Part shown: piece by piece, positions 1-13,565 of the stretch
Layout: each line of letters begins with the position of its first letter
Position numbering within the stretch: the stretch's first letter is position 1
Source of the DNA: Selaginella moellendorffii
Taxonomy: Eukaryota; Plantae; Lycopodiophyta
Direction: 5' to 3'
Length of the DNA stretch: 64,000 nt
NCBI RefSeq assembly: GCF_000143415.4
Contig: NW_003314295.1
Location: 1-64,000 of the forward strand
The notes under the pieces: generated by a model
The model's input: the letters and a program-made list of their open reading frames with translations, nothing else
Database searches by the model: none
What the model was told of the DNA's origin: nothing
Translations under genes and position numbers: made by a program

Positions 1-778
1 GATCATGGGATGATATTTGGATATACTGTCACTGTGGATCCTTGGAACCTTGGGGGATAAATGGGGATAAAATAGCCACTAAGGGCTCTCTCATCAAACA
101 ATTGCCCCTTTTCTAGTTGGCTTAAGGGGAGAGAGATAAGGTGCGCTACAGTTGGTATCGGAGCAAATGGCACGGGTTCGATTCCCATTGATTAGTGGCT
201 ACTTAAAAATATAATATACCCTTGAGCAAGGTATATTCCTACCCCTAAATTTGAAATCGTACGTATTGGGCATCCATACGTATGTCCTTCCTCTTGTGTG
301 GAGTATCCACAGACGAAGGTATCCACTGTGGGACTGCGGTACAAGTGGATGATTAGTTGTCTCACATGGAATAGCTGATCTACACAATGGAAGGATTAGT
401 AGATTTAGTGTGGAAATGGAGGTGCTAATCGAAGGTATCCACTGTGGGACTGCGGTACAAGTGGATGATTAATTGTCTCACATGGAATAGCTAATCTACA
501 CAATGGAAGGATTAGTAGATTTAGTGTGGAAATGGAGGTGCTAGTTCCCTTTAGCTCAGTAGGGGTTGCTAGTCAATAGTCAATGAGGACATTGACATCT
601 CTGAAGGGGGGGTAAGTGTAGCGCATGTGATCATGGGATGAGATTTGGATATATTGTCACCGTGGATCCTTGGAACCTTGGGGGATAAATGGGGATAAAA
701 TAGCCACTAAGGGCTCTCTCATCAAGCAATTGCCCCTTTTCTAGTTGGCTTAAGGGGAGAGAGATAAGGTACGCTATA
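1..778 (+). mobile_element. TRIM (terminal-repeat retrotransposon in miniature), copy 1; 5' LTR clipped by the window edge
   Basis: Direct repeats at 1-150 and 618-778 (TGTAGCGCA...CGCTACA/TA). PBS TGGTATCGGAGC at 153-164 (tRNA-iMet type). [14 protein letters not shown] just before 618. The ~470-bp internal region is non-coding with two ~116-bp repeat units. Confidence 0.9.
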
Positions 779-940
779 CCAAGGCCCTGAATCTCGAGTT
801 CCACACCATATTCTTTTGGACACGTGGCATGTGACATGTGGCATCTATCACGTGGCACAAAGAGGGTTTAGGTTCTGCTTCGTGGTGTTATCCTATGATA
901 AATCACCATAGGATAAAGGGTCAAAACCATGTGCGCTACA
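779..940 (+). mobile_element. Terminal part of a host Gypsy-family LTR interrupted by TRIM copy 1
   Basis: The reverse complement matches 26528-26690 (TGTAGCGCAC.TGGTTTTGACCCTTTATCCTATGGTG...). It ends in GTGCGCTACA at 940. Confidence 0.85.
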
Positions 941-1760
941 ACTACAAAAGGATGGTTGGAGTCAATTGCATCTGACTACTTTACTTGTTGGGTGGAAGTT
1001 GGTGTTTTTGCTAGTGCTTTTGCAACTACTGTTAGATACTTCATCCTCAATCAACTGGTGTTCCAACATTCTTGTCTAGAGTGTGGATTCTTTCAGATAA
1101 TGGTCCTGCATTTATGGCTGAGGCATTTTATATTTTGACGTCTTAGTTTGGGATACATCACACTTTCACAAGTGCTTATCATCCATAGTTAAAAGGTTTG
1201 GTGGAATGGCTTGTTCGGACATTCAAAGAGATGATTGCAAAGTACATGAACTTTTAGTATTTATATTGGAATGGTTATTTACCATCTCTTCGGTATGCAT
1301 ATGTCACAGGGGTGCAGAATTATGTTGGTGCTTCACCATATAAACTTTTATATAGTCATAATTCAATATTACCAATGGAGTTGGGTTTACCTTCACGATT
1401 GCCACAAGTTGCCGATGCTAGGTTATGGGATTAATATTTGACAAGCATTCTTCCACTTATCTAAATAGAGTTTGCCGAACACCTAGGCTATGTACAAATG
1501 AGACAACAATAGCACTACAACTCACACCATCATCCATCTATAAAGTACAAAGTGGATGACTTGGTGTTAGTCTGTTTTCCCTATCTTATGATATGTGGTT
1601 TATGTAAGGGGCTCCTTGCTTAGTGGAAAGGTTTGTATCAGGTGTTGTGGCAAGTTGGACTACAAGTTTATAAGGTTCGGTATGACATCCAATAGACTGA
1701 TCCTCCAGAAATTATGCATGTGCAACAGTTAAAATGCTTTGTATAAAGAGATGAGGAACA
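941..1760 (+). mobile_element. Degenerate Ty3/Gypsy integrase remnant
   Basis: Stop-riddled frames give integrase-core-like peptides (TSAYHP, LVRTFKEMIAKY, YLPSLRYAY, GASPYKLLY) and a C-terminal MHVQQLK-type motif. Confidence 0.65.
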
Positions 1761-1902
1761 ACTAATACCACTTACAGACCCACTGATGCTTCCTTCTAAT
1801 GTTCTTTTAAATCTCAACCCATCTACAACAGAACCCTAACGGCCTTCCATTATTCCAAGAGGAGCGGATGATGTGAGGTCCAAGTGTACAACTACAATGC
1901 TA

Positions 1903-2020
1903 TATACTAATATTAGTATAGTGGGATTTTGGTAACCGTTAGATTAGTTTTAATCTGGACCACTTGTTTTTATATATAAACTAAAGTTTTTGGGTTAATT
2001 GATATGCACATTTTCTATAT
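1903..2020. repeat. Dispersed repeat end (possible non-autonomous Helitron or MITE terminus), copy A
   Basis: GTGGGATTTTGGTAACC...AGATTAGTTTTAATCTGGACCAC...GATATGCACATTTTCTATAT recurs as a reverse complement at ~34675-34785. Confidence 0.6.
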
Positions 2021-3277
2021 TCCCTTTCTATATTCTATGCACTCACACAGTGATAATCAAATTTTGTTACTTTGTTACAAATCTAGAGAGCAACTTAAAG
2101 AGAAATTATTGTTAGTAGTATATAAAAGTGCTGAGATCTTTAGTTTCTAACTATTGTTGAAAAATGAAAAATATAACAATAAGAATAACTTTTTATTTAA
2201 AAAACTATATATAATTAAATTGTATATTTTAAATAATAGTAATTTATTTTATATAAATATTGTAACAGTAATATAAAATATATTTTTTACATAATATATA
2301 TTTATTAACTATTTTTTATATATTGCTATAAAACAATTATGATACAAATTATATTGTGATATAAAAACTATTCTATTGACTATTTTATTAATAATAGATT
2401 AAATTAAAAAATATAATGGTGATTGAAATATAAATAAGAACATAGTAATAATTTTTTTGAAATATACAAGGTTTTAATTAAAATAATATTATTGAAAATT
2501 ATGAATTTTTTAAATATTTTTAAGATTTTTATAAATGTAAAGAAGTATAGCTAAGTAATGTCATTCAAAAATCTTTCAATTTTTGTCCTTCTATATCACC
2601 TTCTATGCCTATACTATTTAAGCGTTAGAAATTGTTAAAAATGACGATGGAAGAAGGAAACTTTAAACATTATTTCCCCAATATGAGACCTTAGATGATT
2701 TCCTCTATGATCCACACCTCGTACTAAGCTAAGTGTTCTTTAGGATCTATTTGTGCTTGGCACAAAACCACCATACATTATCCACCTATGAAAATCCTCA
2801 CTTACTTAGAGTGATTTTATGGAACAACAATGTGATTGAAAATAGATCTTTTGGTAAAGCAATTGACAATGATCCCACTGATTTTTCAACCTCTCCTTGC
2901 ACTATCATGAAGTCATTATGTCTGTTAGTATTTACTGCACATGGTTTTTACCCTTTATCTTATAATAATTTATTATTAGGATAACCACGAAATGAAACTT
3001 ACCCTTAGATATATGTACCAAGGGCAACGAAGTGGCACTTGAATTTTAAGGCTTTAGGCCATCAAATAAAGGGATAGAGCCAAACTCTCAATCTTATAAC
3101 TTATGGGACCGAATGAAATTAACATACTAGGAAATGTAATGAAGGTGTTTTAATAAATACAGTAAGCTATCACTTAGTAAGTATTGAGGGACTAAGCTTA
3201 ATATCATAAATTCCCAATACTAGCAAATGCAAGCCTATATAAGTTTTTCATACCAAGCCAAGTATACTTAAAAAGAA

Positions 3278-6200
3278 TGTAGCATTGGTTTTCACCTTTT
3301 ATTCTATGATGTAATAGAATAACCATAAAGCAGAACCTAAACCCTTTATGTGCAACATATTACATGCCACATGTCTAAGGACAGTGGAATGGAACTTGAG
3401 TTTCAAAGCCTTAAGCCATTGAATGAAGGAATAAAGTCAAACTCCTAAACTTACAACTAAAGAGTAAAGGAATTGAAGCATGAAATTCAGTTTAAAGAGC
3501 AAAAGGACAAAAGCATGGAATAACATAGGAATAGTTTTAGAACATTCAATTTCCAAATGCCAAGAAGCAAGTTAAATAAAGTTTCCGAACTCTAAGCCCA
3601 TTATGCTACAAACGAAGGTCCGGTACTATTCCACAATCACTAGCTCCCTGTATCTAGCACTTGCACGCAAAATGGTGTCAGACAGAGTCTGGCACAATTT
3701 TGGCATATTGGTGGCCTAACATGAGGAGGAGGGTACTCCACCGACTAGAGCAGTGTGGAGCTTGGGCTTAGACCCAAGCCAGACGCAGAACAAGGAGTGA
3801 CACAACCCAATGGGAGCCAAACTAATGTCTCAAGTGATCGGACATACATTCCAACCACTATCCCTACTATACATTTGGAACCCCCCACAGCCCCCCCGCC
3901 CCCCTCTAAGGAACACATGCTTTGGGCTTTCACCCCAAGCCTCCCTTAGTACTAGGAGTTAGCCTCTAGGACAAGTCCGAAACTTATTAAATATGGAATG
4001 GTGCTAGATTGCGAATTTGGACACAGGATGAATACCATTGTGTTCAAGCCGATCTCTACATTTTGTAAATATGCCAAATGAGTTAATCTAGACACTTTCC
4101 ATAAATAGCACTTAGGACCGAAATGAGACTAACACAAAAGGCATGATAGCGAGGGTGTTTGGCAGACATGGTAAACTATCATCTAGCGAATATTGAGGGA
4201 CTAGTCTCAATATCGCGGGGGTTCTTGATACTAGCAAGTGCAAAATAATTACAGGAGTTTCTCAAACTAGGCCAAGTATGCTCAGCAAGAAACACATAGG
4301 GTTCCTACCTTATGTTTATCTGATTTAAGTACACAGTCATTGACCAGTTTCTCAACTAGCTCAAGTGGGAACAATAAAAAGAACCAATTGTACCGATCTT
4401 CTGCCGTCATGGCAGTAAGGAAAGAGTGTCCGTAAGGATTGGCCGACAAATATCTTTCGATACCCAAAGTCACATTTGCGACACTCTCCCCCCCTTGGGG
4501 AAGATCGACGTCTTCGTTGATGCATACCCGAGTCTAGCAAATCGTCAAGGAAACAACTCCGAAAGTTAACGGAAAGCACACTATGTGGGAAACACACCGA
4601 CTTAAATGAGTTATGGACAACCTCTCCTCTACATCCAAAGACGTTAAGACTCAAACACCCTTCGGCCGTCATCGACAAGGAAATGACTAACGGAGTTAGC
4701 CACCCTTGCTGCTCCGAGTACCACTCAGCTTACAAAGGAATGATACATCCCTACCCGCAGGGATATAGGGAGAAGGCCATAGGCCCAACTTCCCCTGAGC
4801 AAAAATCAACCCCGTTGGGAAAATTTAGACAACTATTATAAACTGGTAGATGAAGTTGTCTACACGACCACGCCCCTTTTCAAAAGTAAGTCAGCGAGAG
4901 AGAGGCAGGGACTTGTGATCAGTCTATAATAGTGATCCCCATGGTTATGGATTGGACCCATGCACCAAAGTGCCAAAGTCAACCTGCCAAAACTGACCCA
5001 AGTACTAACGAACGAGAGAAACGACACTTTGATTTATAGAAATATATTACTTTATTAATTTGCAAGATTTATTAAAAGATTTACAAAAGCTAATCTTTAT
5101 TACGATTCTCATACTCCATGAGCTCACTAGCATGTGTAAGATTCCTAAGAGGTTCCCAAGTTGATTCACAAGTCAGGTAACCTTTCCACTTAACTAGATA
5201 TTCCTTGGAACGACCACCACGAGCTTTGCAAGACAAGAGAATCGCCTTGACCTCATACTCCATGTCACCATTCACAACTTCCGGAGGGGGACGAATGTCC
5301 ACAGAGCGATCCGCATCAACATGATATGGTGCTAGTAAACTGACATGAAACACATCATGTACATTGGACAACTCATCCGGAAGATCCAACTTATAGGATA
5401 CATCACCAACTCGCTTCACCACCTGATAGGGTCCAACATATCTCGGCAATAACTTCCAAGATAAACATCCCTTAATGTTCAAGTTCTAGGAAGATAGCCA
5501 CACCTGATCTCCCACTTGATAGGATACATCCCGATGATGCTGATCCTTATCATGTTGATACCTATCTTGAGCTTTGCCCATCGCCTCAGTAGCCCTAGAC
5601 CAACCTTGGCGTAGCTGCTCCGCATAAGTCTCAACAGCCGGGACCAACACTTCGGACATAGGTTTCGGTACAACAATCTATTGAGAAACCCCACGAGCAT
5701 TCCCTTGCAACATCTCCCATGGAGAACAACCTATAGCATTATGAAATGTGTTGTTATAACATATTTTCTGCTGTATCCAAATGCTCAAACTAGTCGCGTT
5801 GGTCTGCCGCGACATAGTACCGTAGATAATCCTCAACTTGAGCATTCACACATTAGGTCTGCCCATCAGTTTGAGGACGATAAGCCGTACTAAACTTCAA
5901 CTTGGTACTGAACAACTGGAACAATGTGCCCAAAACTTCCCCTTAAATCTCGAATCTCTATCTGAGATCATCTCTTCAGGAAGACCACGAACCCGCACTA
6001 CTTCATGGAAAAAGAGCTTTGCTGCTTGTTTCGCATTCACTGTTCCCACAGTTGGAATGAAGTGTGCAATCTTCGACAACCGATCCACAACCACCATCAA
6101 AGTATCATAACTCTTAGACTTCGGCAAGCAAGTGACGAAATCAAGTGTCACACTTTGAAATGGCCATGCCGGTGCTGGAATGCACTGCAACTTTCCAGCC

Positions 6201-9200
6201 TGCTTCTCAGTTCTGCGCTTACATTGCTGGCATATTGGGCAAGAACGGACATAATCCGCTACATCACCTTCCATACCAGACCAGAAAAATCCCTTTTTCA
6301 ACGAAGCCAAAGTCTTTTGCTGTCCACCATGTCCCGCTGCCGGAACATCATGATATTCCTGCAGAAAAAACTGTTGCAGATCCTTAGAGGGAAGATACAA
6401 TCTTTCTTGTTTTTAGAATATAAGCCCATCCTGAACTGAGAATGAATTTCGCATTAGGGGATCCTCTAGATCGACCTCAGCATCAGCTGCCTGCCGTCTT
6501 TTTTTCTGACAGCAACTTTTGCTACCTCGCTACCAGAGTTTTACTTTGACAACTCTGTACGGTGTAAGATTGCCTTCGCCAATGGATCACTTCCATACGA
6601 AGCCCGAACGTCCTCTAACCAGTCTGAATTAATTGCCGATATTGCCCAGAATTGAGCCTGACGACTCAACGCATCCAGAACAATATTGTCTTTACCAGGT
6701 TTATATATGATTTCAATATCATATCTAACAAGCTTCTCTTGCCAACGAGCTTGCTTCAGCGTAAGCTTAGGCTGCATAGCAAAGTAGCTCAGTGTGTTAT
6801 TATCTATATAAACCTTGGCATGTCCACCCAAGTAGTGTCTCCAATGTTCTAGGGCTGACACTATAGCAAATGTTTCTTTCTCATGTGTTGGCCATCTTCG
6901 TTGGGTCTCATCCAATTTCTTGGAATAGAACGCAACGGGACAACCATGTCACCTTAGCATAACATCAACTGCTTTGTCACAACCTTGCTGCAACACAGCA
7001 CCAGTAGCATAGCCAGATGTATCACAATGCACTTCGAAGGGTTTATCAAGATCTGGGATCCTGAGAACAGGAACCATAGTCAAGATCTCCTTCAACCGTA
7101 GAAAAGCACGCTGGCAAGCTGGTGTCCAATGAAATGGAATACTACTCTTCGTCAACTCAATTAATGGAAGAGCAATCCTTGCAAAATTGCAAACAAACTT
7201 ATGATAGTATCCTGCCAAACCAAGAAAGGAACGAACATCTGATATAGTGGTCGGGACTTCCTAAGACTTCACCGCTTCCACCTTCTTTGGATCGACTTCA
7301 ATCACGCCACCACCAACTATATGTTTGAGAAAGTTTACGTGCAATTGACCAAAAATGCATTTACTTTCCTTAGCATACAATTTGTGTTCGCGCAACTTCT
7401 GAAACACTAGCTCCAAGTGTTTCAAATGATCCTCCAATGTTTCACTAAAAACTAGAACATTGTCGATATATAGGACAATAAATGTATCCAAATAATCTTC
7501 GAATATTCTATCCATCATAGTGTTGAACGTTGCCAGAGCATTGCATAACCCGAATGGCATGACAAGGAACTCATAAGATCCATACCGAGTCTTAAAGGCT
7601 CTCTTCTCCACATCCTGATCCGCCACCCATATCTGATGATACCCGAACCGCAAATCAAGTCGCGTAAAATACTTAGCCTCTAAGAGTTGGTCAAACAAGT
7701 CATTAATGCAAGGCAAAGGATAACCATTCTTGACCATGATCTTGTTGAGTGCTCAATAGTCGATACACATCCTCATAGTTCCATCCTTTTTTATAACAAA
7801 AAGGACTGGTGCTCCATAAGGTGATTTGCTTGGTCAGATATGACCTTTGTCAAGAAGCTTTGTGAGTTGATTCTTGAGTTCAGCCATCTCCTTGATATTC
7901 AACCAATATGGAGCTTTTGTAGGTGGTTTAGAACCCGGAATAACCTCAATCCGATTATCAACCTCACGGCTAGGAGATAGCCCTGGTGGCAAATCCTTCA
8001 AGAAGATATCCTGATTCCGTGCCAACAATTCCAATATCTTCATTGGTATAAGATCAACCCCATCGCCGATTCGAACTGAGTCACCAATACCCTCAGCTTC
8101 CATCACTTGAACCCAAAATGTCTGACATCCCCTCTTAGCTGCTTTTTGAGCGGCCCTTGCAGTCAGGAACTTTGCATCCCAATTCTTTGAGGAACACTTT
8201 TGCAACTAAAAGGACACATCGGGACGTCCTTCTGACTTCAATGTAATACGACTTTATCCAGCACCATAAATCCCTTTTATATACTTGTTGAAGAAATCCA
8301 TACCAAACACCATCTGAAAATCTAGTATCTTCAACACTACCAAGTCCACTCTTTCTTTCCACTTGGATATCTTTATTAGAACATCACTCACAAACTTTCT
8401 AGATACTTGCCCACCTTCCGTAAACCAGAAGTGCATAGGCGACATTTGCTCAGCATTCAATCCTAACAAATTAACTAAGTCTTCGGATATCACGCTGTGC
8501 GTAGCTCCCGTGTCAATCATCTCTCGGATTCGGTATCCACGGACAAAGCCTACCAGATACATCAACAGATCAGTGTTTGCATTGACTGCAAGAAAAGCTT
8601 GAGGAAAGCAACGAAAGTTACTCACCTCCTCTTCCTCATAGTTTGCATATGACCAACTCGTCAACCCCTTCGACTTCACCTCCACCATCTTTCCTCATAA
8701 CATTAACACAAAACCTTGTCTTATACTTGTTGGGACATTCCGAGGACTTATATCCCGACTCTCCACAATGGAAGCAATGACCCACACTACCCATTCTGCT
8801 AGGAGCAGGTTTTGCAGGTTGCTACTGCTTGTACCCACCAGGAGGAGGAACAAAGGGCCTAGGACCAGAAGAAGTTGCTGGTGGTCTCCAACCACCACCA
8901 CCTTTGTTAACTGTTGCTTGTGAGCCTCTAGAGCGGAACTTGCCTTCCACTCTCTGTTTCTAATCACCTTGTTTATTCCCTTTATTCTTATCCGAGTTAC
9001 CAGCATACGATTGCTGATATTGTTCCATGAGTGAGTGACTAAAGGCAACTTGCTGTGCTGCCTCCTTACACTCCAGGCACGTCTTTGGCTTAAACTTCAA
9101 AATCTCATTGTGAGAAAGTGAACTTAAACTTTCCAGGAAATAACTTCGAGCATCTTCGTCACTCATATTTGCAATCATAATGTGCTTCTGAGCAAACGCA

Positions 9201-11195
9201 TTGACGTAATGCATGAGGTCCCCTCACTGCTTTAACTGCCGCAGCTCTGCGCGAAGTCTCAGACCAAGATCATCCGGCAAGTATTCCTTACGGATGCGAG
9301 ACCGCATCTTGGTCTAGCTTCTAGTCTGCCCTTTTTTAGCACACACTTGGCGCCACCAAGTTTTGGCATGATCAGTAAGAAAGGATTGCACGCACACAAC
9401 TTTCGTATGATCATCTACGTATACCGCTATGAAATAGTTTTCTATATCGTAGACCCAGTCTTCCAAAACCTAATAGTCCCGCATGCCTCTAAAATTAGGT
9501 GGTTTCGGGGGCTTGAACTTTAAAACTCGTGCAATCGGGGGCGGCTGCAGAACTTCATCATCTTTAGAACTTGAAAAGGAGTTCGGTTGTTTAGGCATAG
9601 CTGGTTTAGCTGCCTTAGCTTCTTTCTTCTTCTTCTTGTTCTCTTTCTTCAATTTGCAAATCTCCTTTCGCAAATTCTCGATCTCAACTTCTTGAGCCAT
9701 ACGCTGCAATGCCATAGCATCTAGCTCTTCCTCTTCTAACTCGGCCTCAGCCTCTTCCACAGCATCTCTAGCAGGAGTTTCCTCCTCTTGATTCTCCCGT
9801 CTAGAGGTTTCAATGTCATCAGCACGGTTCCTTTTCACCATCCCGCTAGCTACATACATGCCTCTATCAGTAACTGAGCATGCATATAACGTTCTTACTG
9901 AATGGTGCAATCCAACTAATCCTACACAGGTTGCTTCGGATCTATTAAAAAAGTCTCTGCGTATGCAACTTCCGACAAAAGTTGGATAGGAATCACTGAG
10001 ACAATTTCTCTGATACCAAATGTAGCGCACTTGAATTTGGAGCCGAACTCCAAGCCCATTGCGCTATGAATGAGGGTCTGGTACTATCCCACGAGCACCA
10101 GCTCCCCGANNNNNNNNNNNNNNNNNNNNNNNNNNNNNNNNNNNNNNNNNNNNNNNNNNNNNNNNNNNNNNNNNNNNNNNNNNNNNNNNNNNNNNNNNNN
10201 NNNNNNNNNNNNNNNNNNNNNNNNNNNNNNNNNNNNNNNNNNNNNNNNNNNNNNNNNNNNNNNNNNNNNNNNNNNNNNNNNNNNNNNNNNNNNNNNNNNN
10301 NNNNNNNNNNNNNNNNNNNNNNNNNNNNNNNNNNNNNNNNNNNNNNNNNNNNNNNNNNNNNNNNNNNNNNNNNNNNNNNNNNNNNNNNNNNNNNNNNNNN
10401 NNNNNNNNNNNNNNNNNNNNNNNNNNNNNNNNNNNNNNNNNNNNNNNNNNNNNNNNNNNNNNNNNNNNNNNNNNNNNNNNNNNNNNNNNNGGAATGCAAA
10501 ACAAGGAGCGACACAGCCCAGCGGGACCCAACTAAAGGTCCCAAGGGACCAGACAGGCATCCCAACCATTACCCTTCCCAAACATTGGGACCCCCCCAAA
10601 TCCCCCCCCCCCCCCCCCCGAGGGACACACGCTTTGGGCTTTCACCCCAAGCCTCCCTTAGTACTAGGAGTTAGCCTCTAGGACAAGTCCAAAACTTACT
10701 AAATACAGAATGGTGCTAAATTGCAAATTTGGACACGGGACGAATACCATTGTGTTAAGGCTGATCTCTACATTCCGTAGATATGCCAAATGAGCTAATC
10801 TAGACACTTTCCATAAATAGCACTTGGGACCAAAATGAGACTAACATAAAGGGCATGATAGCGAGGGTGTTTGGCAGACACGATAAACTATCATTTAGCG
10901 AATATTGAGGGACTAGTCTCAATATCACGGGGGTTCTTGATACTAGCAAGTGCAAAATAATTATAGGAGTTTCTCAAACCAAGCCAAGTATGCTCAACAA
11001 GAAACACATAAGGTTCCTACCTTATGTTTATCTGATTTAAGTATACGGTCATTGACCAGTTTCTCAACTAGCTCAAGTGGGAATGATAAAAGGAACCAAC
11101 TGTACCAATCTTCTGCCGTCATGGCAGTAAGGAAAGAGTGTCTATAAGGACTAGCCGACAAGTATCTTTTGATACCCAAAGTCACATTTGCGACA
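3278..11195 (-). mobile_element. Ty3/Gypsy chromovirus-type LTR retrotransposon, decayed
   Basis: 5' LTR 11195-10021 (contains an N gap). PBS TGGTATCAGAG immediately inside 10021. Gag 10030-8700 with a CFHC..C knuckle remnant. Protease DTGA (8254-8688), RT (7261-7737, YIDNVLV), RNase H (6541-7218), integrase (5479-6400, HHCC zinc finger) and chromodomain (5090-5482, YLVKWKG..TWEP). PPT at 4484-4500. 3' LTR 4483-~3278. Many stops and frameshifts. Confidence 0.95.
10110..10490. other. Assembly gap (N run)
   Basis: Run of N inside the 5' LTR. Confidence 1.
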
Positions 11196-12902
11196 CATTC
11201 ACGGTCACATTCACCGACGTGCGCTACAATAAGTACTCCATCAGTTAGCATGGTATGTAATTTGGGCTTAGACCCAAGCCAAACATACAACAAGGATAAG
11301 CACGCAAGCGGGAGGTATATTAAAGATGGTTTTGTATATATATACCTATATATCTGAACTTTGAATATGTCATTTTTTGCTAAAAAATTTTCCCATCACA
11401 ATAGAAATATATAGCAACAAACCAAGTAATAAAAGATAAACTCAAACCCGTATTAACCAATATAGAGAGAATAACAAGAGACTTCTTATTATAAAAATGA
11501 GTTTGGAAAATGAACACTAAATAAATTGGTGTCAAGTGAACCTCGTACTAGTATTTCTAATTTTGCATAAAAACCATTCACTACTCATATTACTCTTAGT
11601 TTCTTAAAAGAATTTTTATGTCAAAATTTTCCATTACAATAACACCAACATGATGTTGATACCAAGGCTTCTATTAAGGAAATGGAATATACCAATTTAG
11701 GAAACTGACAATGCTGATCATATGGCCAACCTCATCATATGCCTAGTAGTGAATATCACAACCATGACCACATCCTTGCCCTTATCTTGAAATATGAATA
11801 ACAATAATGTTAATCTCTATTAAAAAAAATAGATCTCCTATGGAAAGTGGAGTTAAAGCATGTGTAACAATAAATGGAAGAGGTGATATCTTATAATATT
11901 ATATCAATCGAAGAAGATCAATTGAGGCAAGTGTATATATAAGTTCTATAAGATTATGATGAAGTACTAGTCATTAACATTCTCAACTTGATCCACTCTA
12001 ACATATTATGCTCTATATGAAGCAAAACGTTTCAAAAGTAAAATCAAAATACATAATTAATTCAAACAGTCCTTGATAAAGACAATGCAATTATTGTAAT
12101 GTATTGTCAGCATGTCTAAATATATATTTGAAAACATCTGAGAAAAGATTCCAATCTGTAGAAATGGTTATGCCCAAAACATTATACCATTGTACCATAG
12201 TTTCTTATGGGAAATTTGTGTAGACATTAATCAAGCATCATCCCAAAAATGATAAATGGTAATCACCATAAAATAATTAAATCAATAATATATATCATCC
12301 CCAAAATTCCCATAGAGAAAATTTAACTAGACTTGAAGATTGGTAGTAAAGGTAAAAGATGTGTCATAAATGTTATTATCAATTGAGTTTGATTATTCAA
12401 TTGGCATCAAATAGCTGCACTAATTGCTGCTCCATTGTGAAAGGAGGAGGAGACCATTGAAAAGGAAAAAAATAAAAGAAGAAAAAAACAAAAAAAAGAA
12501 ATGGAAAAACAATAAAAAGGACAATACAAAAGCTTATTAAGGAATGAGCTTTTGTATTGTCTTCTTTATTGTTCTTATAACTCAAAAATCATAATTATAT
12601 ATAAAACTGAGTTATAAAATTGTAAAATTGAGTTATAAAACATAAATAATTTGCTGCATATTTCATGTTGCAACACTTGGTTTGCTTAATAATAATGTTA
12701 TTCTTATTTAATAATTTAACTGATTAAAATGAAAATTATAATTATAAACATGTTTATAATTTATAGACACAAAATTAATCTTATTGTATAACAACCTAAA
12801 TGGTAGAATAAAAGAGAATATACTAAAAAGTATTTATGAAAGTTTATAAATTATAAACATGTTTATGCAAAATTAATCTAAATGAATAAATGGTAAAAAG
12901 CA

Positions 12903-13550
12903 TAGCCATCTCCTGTCCTTGTACCCCTCAAGCTGCAGAGATTGCCAACAAACTTTTGGAGGTTGCCACTGAGAACTTGGTCCGCTGGCCAGCATCTATG
13001 CTGCGGCTGGGAGGCACAACGAAGCTGCTTGAGCGAGGAGCACAATGAAGCAACGATCGCTGGCCAAGATGCCAGGAGTAAGCTTGATCAAGGTCAACCA
13101 CAAGTTCGTCGTTGGAGATCCCAAGAACAAGGAGATCTACGAGGAGCTGTGGAAGATCCACAATGGTGGAGCGGGGCTACTCTCAAGACCGAGGTGAAAG
13201 AGCAGCTGGTTTAAGGACTCGCAGCGCTGTTCCTGGAGCGGTGCTCATCATCCCAAACGCGATGGTCAGCGTCTCGTTGTGCAAGCAAGTTGCGCCGACT
13301 GCCACACCGCAACCAAGCTTATACTTTGCCAAGACTTCTGGATTCCATTGTGTCAAAAAATAGAAGACGAGAGTGTGTCCACGGCTTGGGGAAGAAGCTG
13401 TAGGGGATGATCGCTACAAGCCTTCTATTGTGCTCGGTCTACGCACGCGCCCAGCAAGCTCCTCGCTGCAAGAAACGGCATGCTCTCAATCAAGTCGTGG
13501 CCTTCCTCAAGCTGGCCCGAGTGGCCGTGGCAGCACAGGGCCTGTCGCAG
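12903..13550. pseudogene. Scrambled mosaic of PPR-DYW and HECT gene fragments
   Basis: Segments match the PPR-DYW gene (48950-49745) in alternating orientations and HECT exons (44000-44280), with many small deletions. Confidence 0.85.
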
Positions 13551-13565
13551 CCTCTAAACCCTAAA

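Noticed and set aside
150-200. tRNA gene or Cassandra 5S domain
   Set aside because: Only a T-arm/B-box motif is present. I see no cloverleaf and no recognisable 5S rRNA similarity.
3-858. Short ORFs in TRIM/LTR sequence (also 26666-29981)
   Set aside because: They recur only because the DNA is repeated, and they have no domain motifs.
9993-10681. Long X-containing ORFs
   Set aside because: Artefacts of the N gap.
11330-12600. AT-rich stretch, possibly an eroded transposase
   Set aside because: Too degenerate to assign by eye.
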